Shown piece after piece: positions 25,901 to 40,900 of a DNA stretch of 64,000 nt; the stretch's first letter is position 1, and the number at the start of each line of letters is the position of its first letter. Below the pieces are notes generated by a model. The model was given only the letters and a program-made list of their open reading frames with translations. It had not been told where the DNA came from and did no database searches. The position numbers were made by a program, and so were the translations under genes. This stretch comes from the human T2T-CHM13v2.0 reference genome, Homo sapiens: assembly GCF_009914755.1 (NCBI RefSeq), contig NC_060939.1, one strand, 5' to 3'.

Positions 25901-28900
25901 AATGAAAAGATAGGTTCAACTCTGTGAGTTGAATGCACACCTCCAAAGAAGTTTCTCAGAATGCTTCCGTGTAGTTTTTATGTGAAGATATTTACTTTTC
26001 CACAGTTGTCCCAAAGCTCTAAAATATCCACTTGCAGACCCTCCAAAAGAGTGTTTCAGAATTGCTCAATCAAAGGGAAGGTTCAATTCTGTGTGACCAA
26101 TGCACTCATCACAAAGAAGTTTGTCTGAATGCTTCTGTGTAGAATTGATTTGAAGATAATTCCTTTTCCACCACAGTCCGCAAAGGGCTAAAAATATCCA
26201 CTTGCCGATTCCACAAAAAGAGAGATTCAAAACTGCTCAATCACAAGATAGGTTCAACTTGGTAATTGGAAAGCACACATGACAAACAATTTCTGAGAAT
26301 GTTTCTGTGTAGTTTTTAAGGGAAGATATTTGATTTTCAAATGTAGGCCTCAAATCGCTCCAAATATCCACTTGCATATTGTACAAAAAGAGAGATTCAA
26401 AACTGGTCACTCAAAAGTTAGGTCCAGCTCTGTGAGCTGAATGCACACATCACAAAGATGTTTCTCAGAAGGTTTCTGTATAGTTTCTATATGAAGATAT
26501 TTGCTTTTCCACAATATGCCTCAAATCTCCCCAATTATCCACTTGCAGATTCTAGAAAAAGAGTGTTTCAAAACAGCTCAATCAAAATAAACTTTCAACT
26601 CTGTGAGATCAATGCACACATCACAAAGAAGTTTCTCAGAATGCTTCTGTGTAGTTTTTTTTGTGAAGATATTTGATTTTCCACAGCAGGCTTCCAAGCA
26701 CTCCAAATATCCACTCGCAGATTCTGCAAAAAGAGAGATTCAAATCTGCTGAATCAAAAGATAGGTTTAACTCTGTGACTTCAATGCACACCTCACAAGG
26801 GTGTTTCTCAGAAAGCTTCTGTGTAGTTTTTATATGAAGATATCTCCTTCTCCAAAGCAGGTCTCAAAGCCCTCCAAATATTCACTTCAAGATTCTACGG
26901 AAAGATTGTCTCAACACTGCTAAATCTAAACAAATGTTCAACTCTGTGTGATGAATGCACTCATCACAGAGAAGTTTCTCTGAATGCCTCTGTGTAGTTT
27001 TTATTTGAAGATATTTGCTTTTCCAGTATAGGGCGAAATAGGGCTCCAAATATTCACTTGCAGATTCTACAAAAGGAGAGATTCCAAACTGCTCAATCAA
27101 AACATAGGTTCAACACTGTGAGTTGAATGCACACATCACAAAGAAGTTTCACAGAGTGCTTCTGGGTAGTTTTTATTTGAGGATATTTCCCTTTCCACAA
27201 TAGGCCTCAAAGCTTTCCAAATATCCACTTGCAGATTCTGCAAAAAGAGAGATACAAAACTTCTCTATCAAAAGATAGATTCGACTCTGTGAGTTGAATG
27301 CCAACATCGCAAAGAAGTTTCTCAGAATGCTTCTCTGCAGCTTTTTTGTGAGTATGTTTCGTTTTCCACCATAGGGCGAAATGGGGCTCCAAATATCCAC
27401 TTGCATTTCCTACAAAAAGAGAGATTCTAAGCTGCTCAATCAAAACATTGTTTCAACACGGTTAGTTGAATGCACACATCCCAAAGATGTTTTTCAGAGT
27501 GCTTCTGTGTGGTTTTTATGTGAAGATACTTCCTTTTCCACAATAGGCCTCAAATCTCTGTAAATATCCACTTGCAGACTCTACAAAGAGTGTTTCCAAA
27601 CTGCTCAATCATAAGATAGGTTCAACTCCGATAGTTGAATGCACACATCACAAAGAAGTTTCTCAGAAAGCTTCTGTGTAGTTTTTGATGAAGATATCTT
27701 CTTCTCTAAAACAGAACTCCAAGCCCTCCAAATATTCACTTCAAGATTCTACGGAAAGATTGTCTCAAAACTCCTAAATCAAAACAAAGTTTCAACTCTG
27801 TGTCATGAATGCATTCATCTCAAAGAAGTTTCTCTGAATGCTTCTGTGCAGTTTTTATTTGAAGATAATTGCTTTTCCAGTATAGGGCGAAATAGGGCTC
27901 CAAATATTCACTTGCAGATTCTACAGAAAGAGAGATTCCAAACTGCTCAATCAAAACATAGGTTCAACACTGTGAGTTGAATGCATACATCGCAAAGAAG
28001 TTTCACAGAGTACTTCTGGGTGGTTTTTATTTGAAGATATTTCCCTTTCCACAATAGGCCTCAAAGCTTTCCAAATGTCCACTTGCAGATTCCACCAAAA
28101 GAGTGTTTCGAAACTGCTCAATCAAAAGAAAGGTTCTACTCTGTGGGATGAATGCACACATCACAAAGTAGTTTCTCAGAATGCTTCTGTGTAGTTTTTA
28201 TGTGAAGATATTTGTTTTTCCACAGTAGCCCCAAAGAGCTCCAAATATTCACTTGCAGATTCTACAAAAAGAGTGTTCCAAAACTGCTCAATCATGAAAT
28301 AGGATCAACCCTGTGAGATGAATGTACGTATGACAGAGAAGTTTCTCAGAATGCTTCTGTGTAGTTTTTATGCGAAGATATTCGATTTTCCACAGTACGC
28401 CTCAAAGTTCTCCAATTATCCACTCGTAGATCCTGCAAAAAGAGAGATTCAAAACTGCTCAATCAAAAGATAGTTTCTACTCCATTAGCTGAAAGACCAC
28501 ATCACAAAAAAAGTTTCTCAGGATGCTTCTGTGTAGTTTTTATGTGAAGATATTTGGTTTTCCACAGTAGGCCTCAAAGCGCTCCAAATATCCACTCACA
28601 GATTCTGCAAAAAGAGAGATTCAAAACTGCTGAATCAAAAGACAGTTTCAACTCTGTGACTTCAGTGCACACCTCACAAGGATGTTTCTCAGAATGCTTC
28701 TGTGTAGTTTTTATATAAAGATATCTCCTTCTCCAAAATGGATCTCAAAGTTCTCCAAATATTCACTTCCAGATTCTATGGAAAGATTGTCTCAAAACTG
28801 CTCAATCAAACCAAAGGTTCAACTCTGTGAGATGAATGCCCACATCACAAAGAAGTTTCTCAGAGTACTTCTGTGTAGTTTCTATTTGAGGATAGTTCCT

Positions 28901-31900
28901 TTTCCACCACAGACCAGAAAGGGCTCCAAATATCCATTGCAGATGGTACAAAAAGTGAGATTCAAAACTGCTCAATCCAAAGGTAGTTTCAACCATGTGA
29001 TATGAATGCACACAGCACAGAGAATTTTCTCAAAATGCGTCTGTCTAGTTTTTATTTGAAGATATTTCCTTTTCTACCATAGGCCACAAACGTCTCCAAA
29101 TATCCACATGCAGCTTCTACAAAAAGAGAGATTCAAAACTTCTCAATCAAAAGATAGGTTCAACTCTGTGAGTTGAAAGCACACCTCACAGAGAAGTTTC
29201 TCAGAGTGCTTCTGTGTGTTTTTATGTGAAGATATTTCCTTTTCCACAATAGGCCTCAAAGCTCTCCAAATATCTGCGAGCAGAGTCTACAAAATGAGAG
29301 ATTCAAAACTGCTCAATGAAAAGATAGGTTCAACTCTGTGAGTTGAATGCACACCTCCAAAGAAGTTTCTCAGAATGCTTCCGTGTAGTTTTTATGTGAA
29401 GATATTTACTTTTCCACAGTTGTCCCAAAGCTCTAAAATGTCCACTTGCAGACCCTCCAAAAGAGTGTTTCAGAATTGCTCAATCAAAGGGAAGGTTCAA
29501 TTCTGTGTGACCAATGCACTCATCACAAAGAAGTTTGTCTGAATGCTTCTGTGTAGAATTGATTTGAAGATAATTCCTTTTCCACCACAGTCCGCAAAGG
29601 GCTAAAAATATCCACTTGCCGATTCCACAAAAAGAGAGATTCAAAACTGCTCAATCACAAGATAGGTTCAACTTGGTAATTGGAAAGCACACATGACAAA
29701 CAATTTCTGAGAATGTTTCTGTGTAGTTTTTAAGGGAAGATATTTGATTTTCAAATGTAGGCCTCAAATCGCTCCAAATATCCACTTGCATATTGTACAA
29801 AAAGAGAGATTCAAAACTGGTCACTCAAAAGTTAGGTCCAGCTCTGTGAGCTGAATGCACACATCACAAAGATGTTTCTCAGAAGGTTTCTGTATAGTTT
29901 TTATATGAAGATATTTGCTTTTCCACAATATGCCTCAAATCTCCCCAATTATCCACTTGCAGATTCTAGAAAAAGAGTGTTTCAAAACAGCTCAATCAAA
30001 ATAAACTTTCAACTCTGTGAGATCAATGCACACATCACAAAGAAGTTTCTCAGAATGCTTCTGTGTAGTTTTTTTTGTGAAGATATTTGATTTTCCACAG
30101 CAGGCTTCCAAGCACTCCAAATATCCACTCGCAGATTCTGCAAAAAGAGAGATTCAAATCTGCTGAATCAAAAGATAGGTTTAACTCTGTGACTTCAATG
30201 CACACCTCACAAGGGTGTTTCTCAGAAAGCTTCTGTGTAGTTTTTATATGAAGATATCTCCTTCTCCAAAGCAGGTCTCAAAGCCCTCCAAATATTCACT
30301 TCAAGATTCTACGGAAAGATTGTCTCAACACTGCTAAATCTAAACAAATGTTCAACTCTGTGTGATGAATGCACTCATCACAGAGAAGTTTCTCTGAATG
30401 CCTCTGTGTAGTTTTTATTTGAAGATATTTGCTTTTCCAGTATAGGGCGAAATAGGGCTCCAAATATTCACTTGCAGATTCTACAAAAGGAGAGATTCCA
30501 AACTGCTCAATCAAAACATAGGTTCAACACTGTGAGTTGAATGCACACATCACAAAGAAGTTTCACAGAGTGCTTCTGGGTAGTTTTTATTTGAGGATAT
30601 TTCCCTTTCCACAATAGGCCTCAAAGCTTTCCAAATATCCACTTGCAGATTCTGCAAAAAGAGAGATACAAAACTGCTCTATCAAAAGATAGATTCGACT
30701 CTGTGAGTTGAATGCCAACATCGCAAAGAAGTTTCTCAGAATGCTTCTCTGCAGCTTTTTTGTGAGTATGTTTCGTTTTCCACCATAGGGCGAAATGGGG
30801 CTCCAAATATCCACTTGCATTTCCTACAAAAAGAGAGATTCTAAGCTGCTCAATCAAAACATTGTTTCAACACGGTTAGTTGAATGCACACATCCCAAAG
30901 ATGTTTTTCAGAGTGCTTCTGTGTGGTTTTTATGTGAAGATACTTCCTTTTCCACAATAGGCCTCAAATCTCTGTAAATATCCACTTGCAGACTCTACAA
31001 AGAGTGTTTCCAAACTCCTCAATCATAAGATAGGTTCAACTCCGATAGTTGAATGCACACATCACAAAGAAGTTTCTCGGAAAGCTTCTGTGTAGTTTTT
31101 GATGAAGATATCTTCTTCTCTAAAACAGAACTCCAAGCCCTCCAAATATTCACTTCAAGATTCTACGGAAAGATTGTCTCAAACTGCTAAATCAAAACAA
31201 AGGTTCAACTCTGTGTGATGAATGCATTCATCACAAAGAAGTTTCTCTGAGTGCTTCTGTGCAGTTTTTATTTGAAGATAATTGCTTTTCCAGTATAGGG
31301 CGAAATAGGGCTCCAAATATTCACTTGCAGATTCTACAGAAAGAGAGATTCCAAACTGCTCAATCAAAACATAGGTTCAACACTGTGAGTTGAATGCATA
31401 CATCGCAAAGAAGTTTCACAGAGTACTTCTGGGTGGTTTTTATTTGAAGATATTTCCCTTTCCACAATAGGCCTCAAAGCTTTCCAAATGTCCACTTGCA
31501 GATTCCACCAAAAGAGTGTTTCGAAACTGCTCAATCAAAAGAAAGGTTCTACTCTGTGGGATGAATGCACACATCACAAAGTAGTTTCTCAGAATGCTTC
31601 TGTGTAGTTTTTATGTGAAGATATTTGTTTTTCCACAGTAGGCCCCAAAGAGCTCCAAATATTCACTTGCAGATTCTACAAAAAGAGTGTTCCAAAACTG
31701 CTCCATCATGAAATAGGATCAACACTGTGAGATGAATGTACGTATGACAGAGAAGTTTCTCAGAATGCTTCTGTGTAGTTTTTATGCGAAGATATTCGAC
31801 TTTCCACAGTACGCCTCAAAGTTCTCCAATTATCCACTCGTAGATCCTGCAAAAAGAGAGATTCAAAACTGCTCAATCAAAAGATAGTTTCTACTCCATT

Positions 31901-34900
31901 AGCTGAAACACCACATCACAAAAAAAGTTTCTCAGGATGCTTCTGTGTAGTTTTTATGTGAAGATATTTGGTTTTCCACAGTAGGCCTCAAAGCGCTCCA
32001 AATATCCACTCACAGATTCTGCAAAAGGAGAGATTCAAAACTGCTGAATCAAAAGACAGTTTCAACTCTGTGACTTCAGTGCACACCTCACAAGGATGTT
32101 TCTCAGAATGCTTCTGTGTAGTTTTTATATAAAGATATCTCCTTCTCCAAAATGGATCTCAAAGTTCTCCAAATATTCACTTCCAGATTCTATGGAAAGA
32201 TTGTCTCAAAACTGCTCAATCAAACCAAAGGTTCAACTCTGTGAGATGAATGCCCACATCACAAAGAAGTTTCTCAGAGTACTTCTGTGTAGTTTCTATT
32301 TGAGGATAGTTCCTTTTCCACCACAGACCAGAAAGGGCTCCAAATATCCATTGCAGATGGTACAAAAAGTGAGATTCAAAACTGCTCAATCCAAAGGTAG
32401 TTTCAACCATGTGATATGAATGCACACAGCACAGAGAATTTTCTCAAAATGCGTCTGTCTAGTTTTTATTTGAAGATATTTCCTTTTCTACCATAGGCCA
32501 CAAACGTCTCCAAATATCCACATGCAGCTTCTACAAAAAGAGAGATTCAAAACTTCTCAATCAAAAGATAGGTTCAACTCTGTGAGTTGAAAGCACACCT
32601 CACAGAGAAGTTTCTCAGAGTGCTTCTGTGTGTTTTTATGTGAAGATATTTCCTTTTCCACAATAGGCCTCAAAGCTCTCCAAATATCTGCGAGCAGAGT
32701 CTACAAAATGAGAGATTCAAAACTGCTCAATGAAAAGATAGGTTCAACTCTGTGAGTTGAATGCACACCTCCAAAGAAGTTTCTCAGAATGCTTCCGTGT
32801 AGTTTTTATGTGAAGATATTTACTTTTCCACAGTTGTCCCAAAGCTCTAAAATGTCCACTTGCAGACCCTCCAAAAGAGTGTTTCAGAATTGCTCAATCA
32901 AAGGGAAGGTTCAATTCTGTGTGACCAATGCACTCATCACAAAGAAGTTTGTCTGAATGCTTCTGTGTAGAATTGATTTGAAGATAATTCCTTTTCCACC
33001 ACAGTCCACAAAGGGCTAAAAATATCCACTTGCCGATTCCACAAAAAGAGAGATTCAAAACTGCTCAATCACAAGATAGGTTCAACTTGGTAATTGGAAA
33101 GCACACATGACAAACAATTTCTGAGAATGTTTCTGTGTAGTTTTTAAGGGAAGATATTTGATTTTCAAATGTAGGCCTCAAATCGCTCCAAATATCCACT
33201 TGCATATTGTACAAAAAGAGAGATTCAAAACTGGTCCCTCAAAAGTTAGGTCCAGCTCTGTGAGCTGAATGCACACATCACAAAGATGTTTCTCAGAAGG
33301 TTTCTGTATAGTTTTTATATGAAGATATTTGCTTTTCCACAATATGCCTCAAATCTCCCCAATTATCCACTTGCAGATTCTAGAAAAAGAGTGTTTCAAA
33401 ACAGCTCAATCAAAATAAACTTTCAACTCTGTGAGATCAATGCACACATCACAAAGAAGTTTCTCAGAATGCTTCTGTGTAGTTTTTTTTGTGAAGATAT
33501 TTGATTTTCCACAGCAGGCTTCCAAGCACTCCAAATATCCACTCGCAGATTCTGCAAAAAGAGAGATTCAAATCTGCTGAATCAAAAGATAGGTTTAACT
33601 CTGTGACTTCAATGCACACCTCACAAGGGTGTTTCTCAGAAAGCTTCTGTGTAGTTTTTATATGAAGATATCTCCTTCTCCAAAGCAGGTCTCAAAGCCC
33701 TCCAAATATTCACTTCAAGATTCTACGGAAAGATTGTCTCAACACTGCTAAATCTAAGCAAATGTTCAACTCTGTGTGATGAATGCACTCATCACAGAGA
33801 AGTTTCTCTGAATGCCTCTGTGTAGTTTTTATTTGAAGATATTTGCTTTTCCAGTATAGGGCGAAATAGGGCTCCAAATATTCACTTGCAGATTCTACAA
33901 AAGGAGAGATTCCAAACTGCTCAATCAAAACATAGGTTCAACACTGTGAGTTGAATGCACACATCACAAAGAAGTTTCACAGAGTGCTTCTGGGTAGTTT
34001 TTATTTGAGGATATTTCCCTTTCCACAATAGGCCTCAAAGCTTTCCAAATATCCACTTGCAGATTCTGCAAAAAGAGAGATACAAAACTGCTCTATCAAA
34101 AGATAGATTCGACTCTGTGAGTTGAATGCCAACATCGCAAAGAAGTTTCTCAGAATGCTTCTCTGCAGCTTTTTTGTGAGTATGTTTCGTTTTCCACCAT
34201 AGGGCGAAATGGGACTCCAAATATCCACTTGCATTTCCTACAAAAAGAGAGATTCTAAGCTGCTCAATCAAAACATTGTTTCAACACGGTTAGTTGAATG
34301 CACACATCCCAAAGATGTTTTTCAGAGTGCTTCTGTGTGGTTTTTATGTGAAGATACTTCCTTTTCCACAATAGGCCTCAAATCTCTGTAAATATCCACT
34401 TGCAGACTCTACAAAGAGTGTTTCCAAACTGCTCAATCATAAGATAGGTTCAACTCCGATAGTTGAATGCACACATCACAAAGAAGTTTCTCAGAAAGCT
34501 TCTGTGTAGTTTTTGATGAAGATATCTTCTTCTCTAAAACAGAACTCCAAGCCCTCCAAATATTCACTTCAAGATTCTACGGAAAGATTGTCTCAAAACT
34601 CCTAAATCAAAACAAAGTTTCAACTCTGTGTCATGAATGCATTCATCTCAAAGAAGTTTCTCTGAATGCTTCTGTGCAGTTTTTATTTGAAGATAATTGC
34701 TTTTCCAGTATAGGGCGAAATAGGGCTCCAAATATTCACTTGCAGATTCTACAGAAAGAGAGATTCCAAACTGCTCAATCAAAACATAGGTTCAACACTG
34801 TGAGTTGAATGCATACATCGCAAAGAAGTTTCACAGAGTACTTCTGGGTGGTTTTTATTTGAAGATATTTCCCTTTCCACAATAGGCCTCAAAGCTTTCC

Positions 34901-37900
34901 AAATGTCCACTTGCAGATTCCACCAAAAGAGTGTTTCGAAACTGCTCAATCAAAAGAAAGGTTCTACTCTGTGGGATGAATGCACACATCACAAAGTAGT
35001 TTCTCAGAATGCTTCTGTGTAGTTTTTATGTGAAGATATTTGTTTTTCCACAGTAGGCCCCAAAGAGCTCCAAATATTCACTTGCAGATTCTACAAAAAG
35101 AGTGTTCCAAAACTGCTCAATCATGAAATAGGATCAACCCTGTGAGATGAATGTACGTATGACAGAGAAGTTTCTCAGAATGCTTCTGTGTAGTTTTTAT
35201 GCGAAGATATTCGATTTTCCACAGTACGCCTCAAAGTTCTCCAATTATCCACTCGTAGATTCTGCAAAAAGAGAGATTCAAAACTGCTCAATCAAAAGAT
35301 AGTTTCTACTCCATTAGCTGCAAGACCACATCACAAAAAAAGTTTCTCAGGATGCTTCTGTGTAGTTTTTATGTGAAGATATTTGGTTTTCCACAGTAGG
35401 CCTCAAAGCGCTCCAAATATCCACTCACAGATTCTGCAAAAAGAGAGATTCAAAACTGCTGAATCAAAAGACAGTTTCAACTCTGTGACTTCAGTGCACA
35501 CCTCACAAGGATGTTTCTCAGAATGCTTCTGTGTAGTTTTTATATAAAGATATCTCCTTCTCCAAAATGGATCTCAAAGTTCTCCAAATATTCACTTCCA
35601 GATTCTATGGAAAGATTGTCTCAAAACTGCTCAATCAAACCAAAGGTTCAACTCTGTGAGATGAATGCACACATCACAAAGAAGTTTCTCAGAGTACTTC
35701 TGTGTAGTTTCTATTTGAGGATAGTTCCTTTTCCACCACAGACCAGAAAGGGCTCCAAATATCCATTGCAGATGGTACAAAAAGTGAGATTCAAAACTGC
35801 TCAATCCAAAGGTAGTTTCAACCATGTGATGTGAATGCACACAGCACAGAGAATTTTCTCAAAATGCGTCTGTCTAGTTTTTATTTGAAGATATTTCCTT
35901 TTCTACCATAGGCCACAAACGTCTCCAAATATCCACATGCAGCTTCTACAAAAAGAGAGATTCAAAACTTCTCAATCAAAAGATAGGTTCAACACTGTGA
36001 GTTGAAAGCACACCTCACAAAGAAGTTTCTCAGAGTGCTTCTGTGTGTTTTTATGTGAAGATATTTCCTTTTCCACAATAGGCCTCAAAGCTCTCCAAAT
36101 ATCTCCGAGCAGAGTCTACAAAATGAGAGATTCAAAACTGCTCAATGAAAAGATAGGTTCAACTCTGTGAGTTGAATGCACACCTCCAAAGAAGTTTCTC
36201 AGAATGCTTCCGTGTAGTTTTTATGTGAAGATATTTACTTTTCCACAGTTGTCCCAAAGCTCTAAAATATCCACTTGCAGACCCTCCAAAAGAGTGTTTC
36301 AGAATTGCTCAATCAAAGGGAAGGTTCAATTCTGTGTGACCAATGCACTCATCACAAAGAAGTTTGTCTGAATGCTTCTGTGTAGAATTGATTTGAAGAT
36401 AATTCCTTTTCCACCACAGTCCGCAAAGGGCTAAAAATATCCACTTGCCGATTCCACAAAAAGAGAGATTCAAAACTGCTCAATCACAAGATAGGTTCAA
36501 CTTGGTAATTGGAAAGCACACATGACAAACAATTTCTGAGAATGTTTCTGTGTAGTTTTTAAGGGAAGATATTTGATTTTCAAATGTAGGCCTCAAATCG
36601 CTCCAAATATCCACTTGCATATTGTACAAAAAGAGAGATTCAAAACTGGTCACTCAAAAGTTAGGTCCAGCTCTGTGAGCTGAATGCACACATCACAAAG
36701 ATGTTTCTCAGAAGGTTTCTGTATAGTTTTTATATGAAGATATTTGCTTTTCCACAATATGCCTCAAATCTCCCCAATTATCCACTTGCAGATTCTAGAA
36801 AAAGAGTGTTTCAAAACAGCTCAATCAAAATAAACTTTCAACTCTGTGAGATCAATGCACACATCACAAAGAAGTTTCTCAGAATGCTTCTGTGTAGTTT
36901 TTTTTGTGAAGATATTTGATTTTCCACAGCAGGCTTCCAAGCACTCCAAATATCCACTCGCAGATTCTGCAAAAAGAGAGATTCAAATCTGCTGAATCAA
37001 AAGATAGGTTTAACTCTGTGACTTCAATGCACACCTCACAAGGGTGTTTCTCAGAAAGCTTCTGTGTAGTTTTTATATGAAGATATCTCCTTCTCCAAAG
37101 CAGGTCTCAAAGCCCTCCAAATATTCACTTCAAGATTCTACGGAAAGATTGTCTCAACACTGCTAAATCTAAACAAATGTTCAACTCTGTGTGATGAATG
37201 CACTCATCACAGAGAAGTTTCTCTGAATGCCTCTGTGTAGTTTTTATTTGAAGATATTTGCTTTTCCAGTATAGGGCGAAATAGGGCTCCAAATATTCAC
37301 TTGCAGATTCTACAAAAGGAGAGATTCCAAACTGCTCAATCAAAACATAGGTTCAACACTGTGAGTTGAATGCACACATCACAAAGAAGTTTCACAGAGT
37401 GCTTCTGGGTAGTTTTTATTTGAGGATATTTCCCTTTCCACAATAGGCCTCAAAGCTTTCCAAATATCCACTTGCAGATTCTGCAAAAAGAGAGATACAA
37501 AACTGCTCTATCAAAAGATAGATTCGACTCTGTGAGTTGAATGCCAACATCGCAAAGAAGTTTCTCAGAATGCTTCTCTGCAGCTTTTTTGTGAGTATGT
37601 TTCGTTTTCCACCATAGGGCGAAATGGGGCTCCAAATATCCACTTGCATTTCCTACAAAAAGAGAGATTCTAAGCTGCTCAATCAAAACATTGTTTCAAC
37701 ACGGTTAGTTGAATGCACACATCCCAAAGATGTTTTTCAGAGTGCTTCTGTGTGGTTTTTATGTGAAGATACTTCCTTTTCCACAATAGGCCTCAAATCT
37801 CTGTAAATATCCACTTGCAGACTCTACAAAGAGTGTTTCCAAACTGCTCAATCATAAGATAGGTTCAACTCCGATAGTTGAATGCACACATCACAAAGAA

Positions 37901-40900
37901 GTTTCTCAGAAAGCTTCTGTGTAGTTTTTGATGAAGATATCTTCTTCTCTAAAACAGAACTCCAAGCCCTCCAAATATTCACTTCAAGATTCTACGGAAA
38001 GATTGTCTCAAAACTCCTAAATCAAAACAAAGTTTCAACTCTGTGTCATGAATGCATTCATCTCAAAGAAGTTTCTCTGAATGCTTCTGTGCAGTTTTTA
38101 TTTGAAGATAATTGCTTTTCCAGTATAGGGCGAAATAGGGCTCCAAATATTCACTTGCAGATTCTACAGAAAGAGAGATTCCAAACTGCTCAATCAAAAC
38201 ATAGGTTCAACACTGTGAGTTGAATGCATACATCGCAAAGAAGTTTCACAGAGTACTTCTGGGTGGTTTTTATTTGAAGATATTTCCCTTTCCACAATAG
38301 GCCTCAAAGCTTTCCAAATGTCCACTTGCAGATTCCACCAAAAGAGTGTTTCGAAACTGCTCAATCAAAAGAAAGGTTCTACTCTGTGGGATGAATGCAC
38401 ACATCACAAAGTAGTTTCTCAGAATGCTTCTGTGTAGTTTTTATGTGAAGATATTTGTTTTTCCACAGTAGGCCCCAAAGAGCTCCAAATATTCACTTGC
38501 AGATTCTACAAAAAGAGTGTTCCAAAACTGCTCAATCATGAAATAGGATCAACCCTGTGAGATGAATGTACGTATGACAGAGAAGTTTCTCAGAATGCTT
38601 CTGTGTAGTTTTTATGCGAAGATATTCGATTTTCCACAGTACGCCTCAAAGTTCTCCAATTATCCACTCGTAGATTCTGCAAAAAGAGAGATTCAAAACT
38701 GCTCAATCAAAAGATAGTTTCTACTCCATTAGCTGCAAGACCACATCACAAAAAAAGTTTCTCAGGATGCTTCTGTGTAGTTTTTATGTGAAGATATTTG
38801 GTTTTCCACAGTAGGCCTCAAAGCGCTCCAAATATCCACTCACAGATTCTGCAAAAAGAGAGATTCAAAACTGCTGAATCAAAAGACAGTTTCAACTCTG
38901 TGACTTCAGTGCACACCTCACAAGGATGTTTCTCAGAATGCTTCTGTGTAGTTTTTATATAAAGATATCTCCTTCTCCAAAATGGATCTCAAAGTTCTCC
39001 AAATATTCACTTCCAGATTCTATGGAAAGATTGTCTCAAAACTGCTCAATCAAACCAAAGGTTCAACTCTGTGAGATGAATGCACACATCACAAAGAAGT
39101 TTCTCAGAGTACTTCTGTGTAGTTTCTATTTGAGGATAGTTCCTTTTCCACCACAGACCAGAAAGGGCTCCAAATATCCATTGCAGATGGTACAAAAAGT
39201 GAGATTCAAAACTGCTCAATCCAAAGGTAGTTTCAACCATGTGATGTGAATGCACACAGCACAGAGAATTTTCTCAAAATGCGTCTGTCTAGTTTTTATT
39301 TGAAGATATTTCCTTTTCTACCATAGGCCACAAACGTCTCCAAATATCCACATGCAGCTTCTACAAAAAGAGAGATTCAAAACTTCTCAATCAAAAGATA
39401 GGTTCAACACTGTGAGTTGAAAGCACACCTCACAAAGAAGTTTCTCAGAGTGCTTCTGTGTGTTTTTATGTGAAGATATTTCCTTTTCCACAATAGGCCT
39501 CAAAGCTCTCCAAATATCTCCGAGCAGAGTCTACAAAATGAGAGATTCAAAACTGCTCAATGAAAAGATAGGTTCAACTCTGTGAGTTGAATGCACACCT
39601 CCAAAGAAGTTTCTCAGAATGCTTCCGTGTAGTTTTTATGTGAAGATATTTACTTTTCCACAGTTGTCCCAAAGCTCTAAAATATCCACTTGCAGACCCT
39701 CCAAAAGAGTGTTTCAGAATTGCTCAATCAAAGGGAAGGTTCAATTCTGTGTGACCAATGCACTCATCACAAAGAAGTTTGTCTGAATGCTTCTGTGTAG
39801 AATTGATTTGAAGATAATTCCTTTTCCACCACAGTCCGCAAAGGGCTAAAAATATCCACTTGCCGATTCCACAAAAAGAGAGATTCAAAACTGCTCAATC
39901 ACAAGATAGGTTCAACTTGGTAATTGGAAAGCACACATGACAAACAATTTCTGAGAATGTTTCTGTGTAGTTTTTAAGGGAAGATATTTGATTTTCAAAT
40001 GTAGGCCTCAAATCGCTCCAAATATCCACTTGCATATTGTACAAAAAGAGAGATTCAAAACTGGTCACTCAAAAGTTAGGTCCAGCTCTGTGAGCTGAAT
40101 GCACACATCACAAAGATGTTTCTCAGAAGGTTTCTGTATAGTTTTTATATGAAGATATTTGCTTTTCCACAATATGCCTCAAATCTCCCCAATTATCCAC
40201 TTGCAGATTCTAGAAAAAGAGTGTTTCAAAACAGCTCAATCAAAATAAACTTTCAACTCTGTGAGATCAATGCACACATCACAAAGAAGTTTCTCAGAAT
40301 GCTTCTGTGTAGTTTTTTTTGTGAAGATATTTGATTTTCCACAGCAGGCTTCCAAGCACTCCAAATATCCACTCGCAGATTCTGCAAAAAGAGAGATTCA
40401 AATCTGCTGAATCAAAAGATAGGTTTAACTCTGTGACTTCAATGCACACCTCACAAGGGTGTTTCTCAGAAAGCTTCTGTGTAGTTTTTATATGAAGATA
40501 TCTCCTTCTCCAAAGCAGGTCTCAAAGCCCTCCAAATATTCACTTCAAGATTCTACGGAAAGATTGTCTCAACACTGCTAAATCTAAACAAATGTTCAAC
40601 TCTGTGTGATGAATGCACTCATCACAGAGAAGTTTCTCTGAATGCCTCTGTGTAGTTTTTATTTGAAGATATTTGCTTTTCCAGTATAGGGCGAAATAGG
40701 GCTCCAAATATTCACTTGCAGATTCTACAAAAGGAGAGATTCCAAACTGCTCAATCAAAACATAGGTTCAACACTGTGAGTTGAATGCACACATCACAAA
40801 GAAGTTTCACAGAGTGCTTCTGGGTAGTTTTTATTTGAGGATATTTCCCTTTCCACAATAGGCCTCAAAGCTTTCCAAATATCCACTTGCAGATTCTGCA

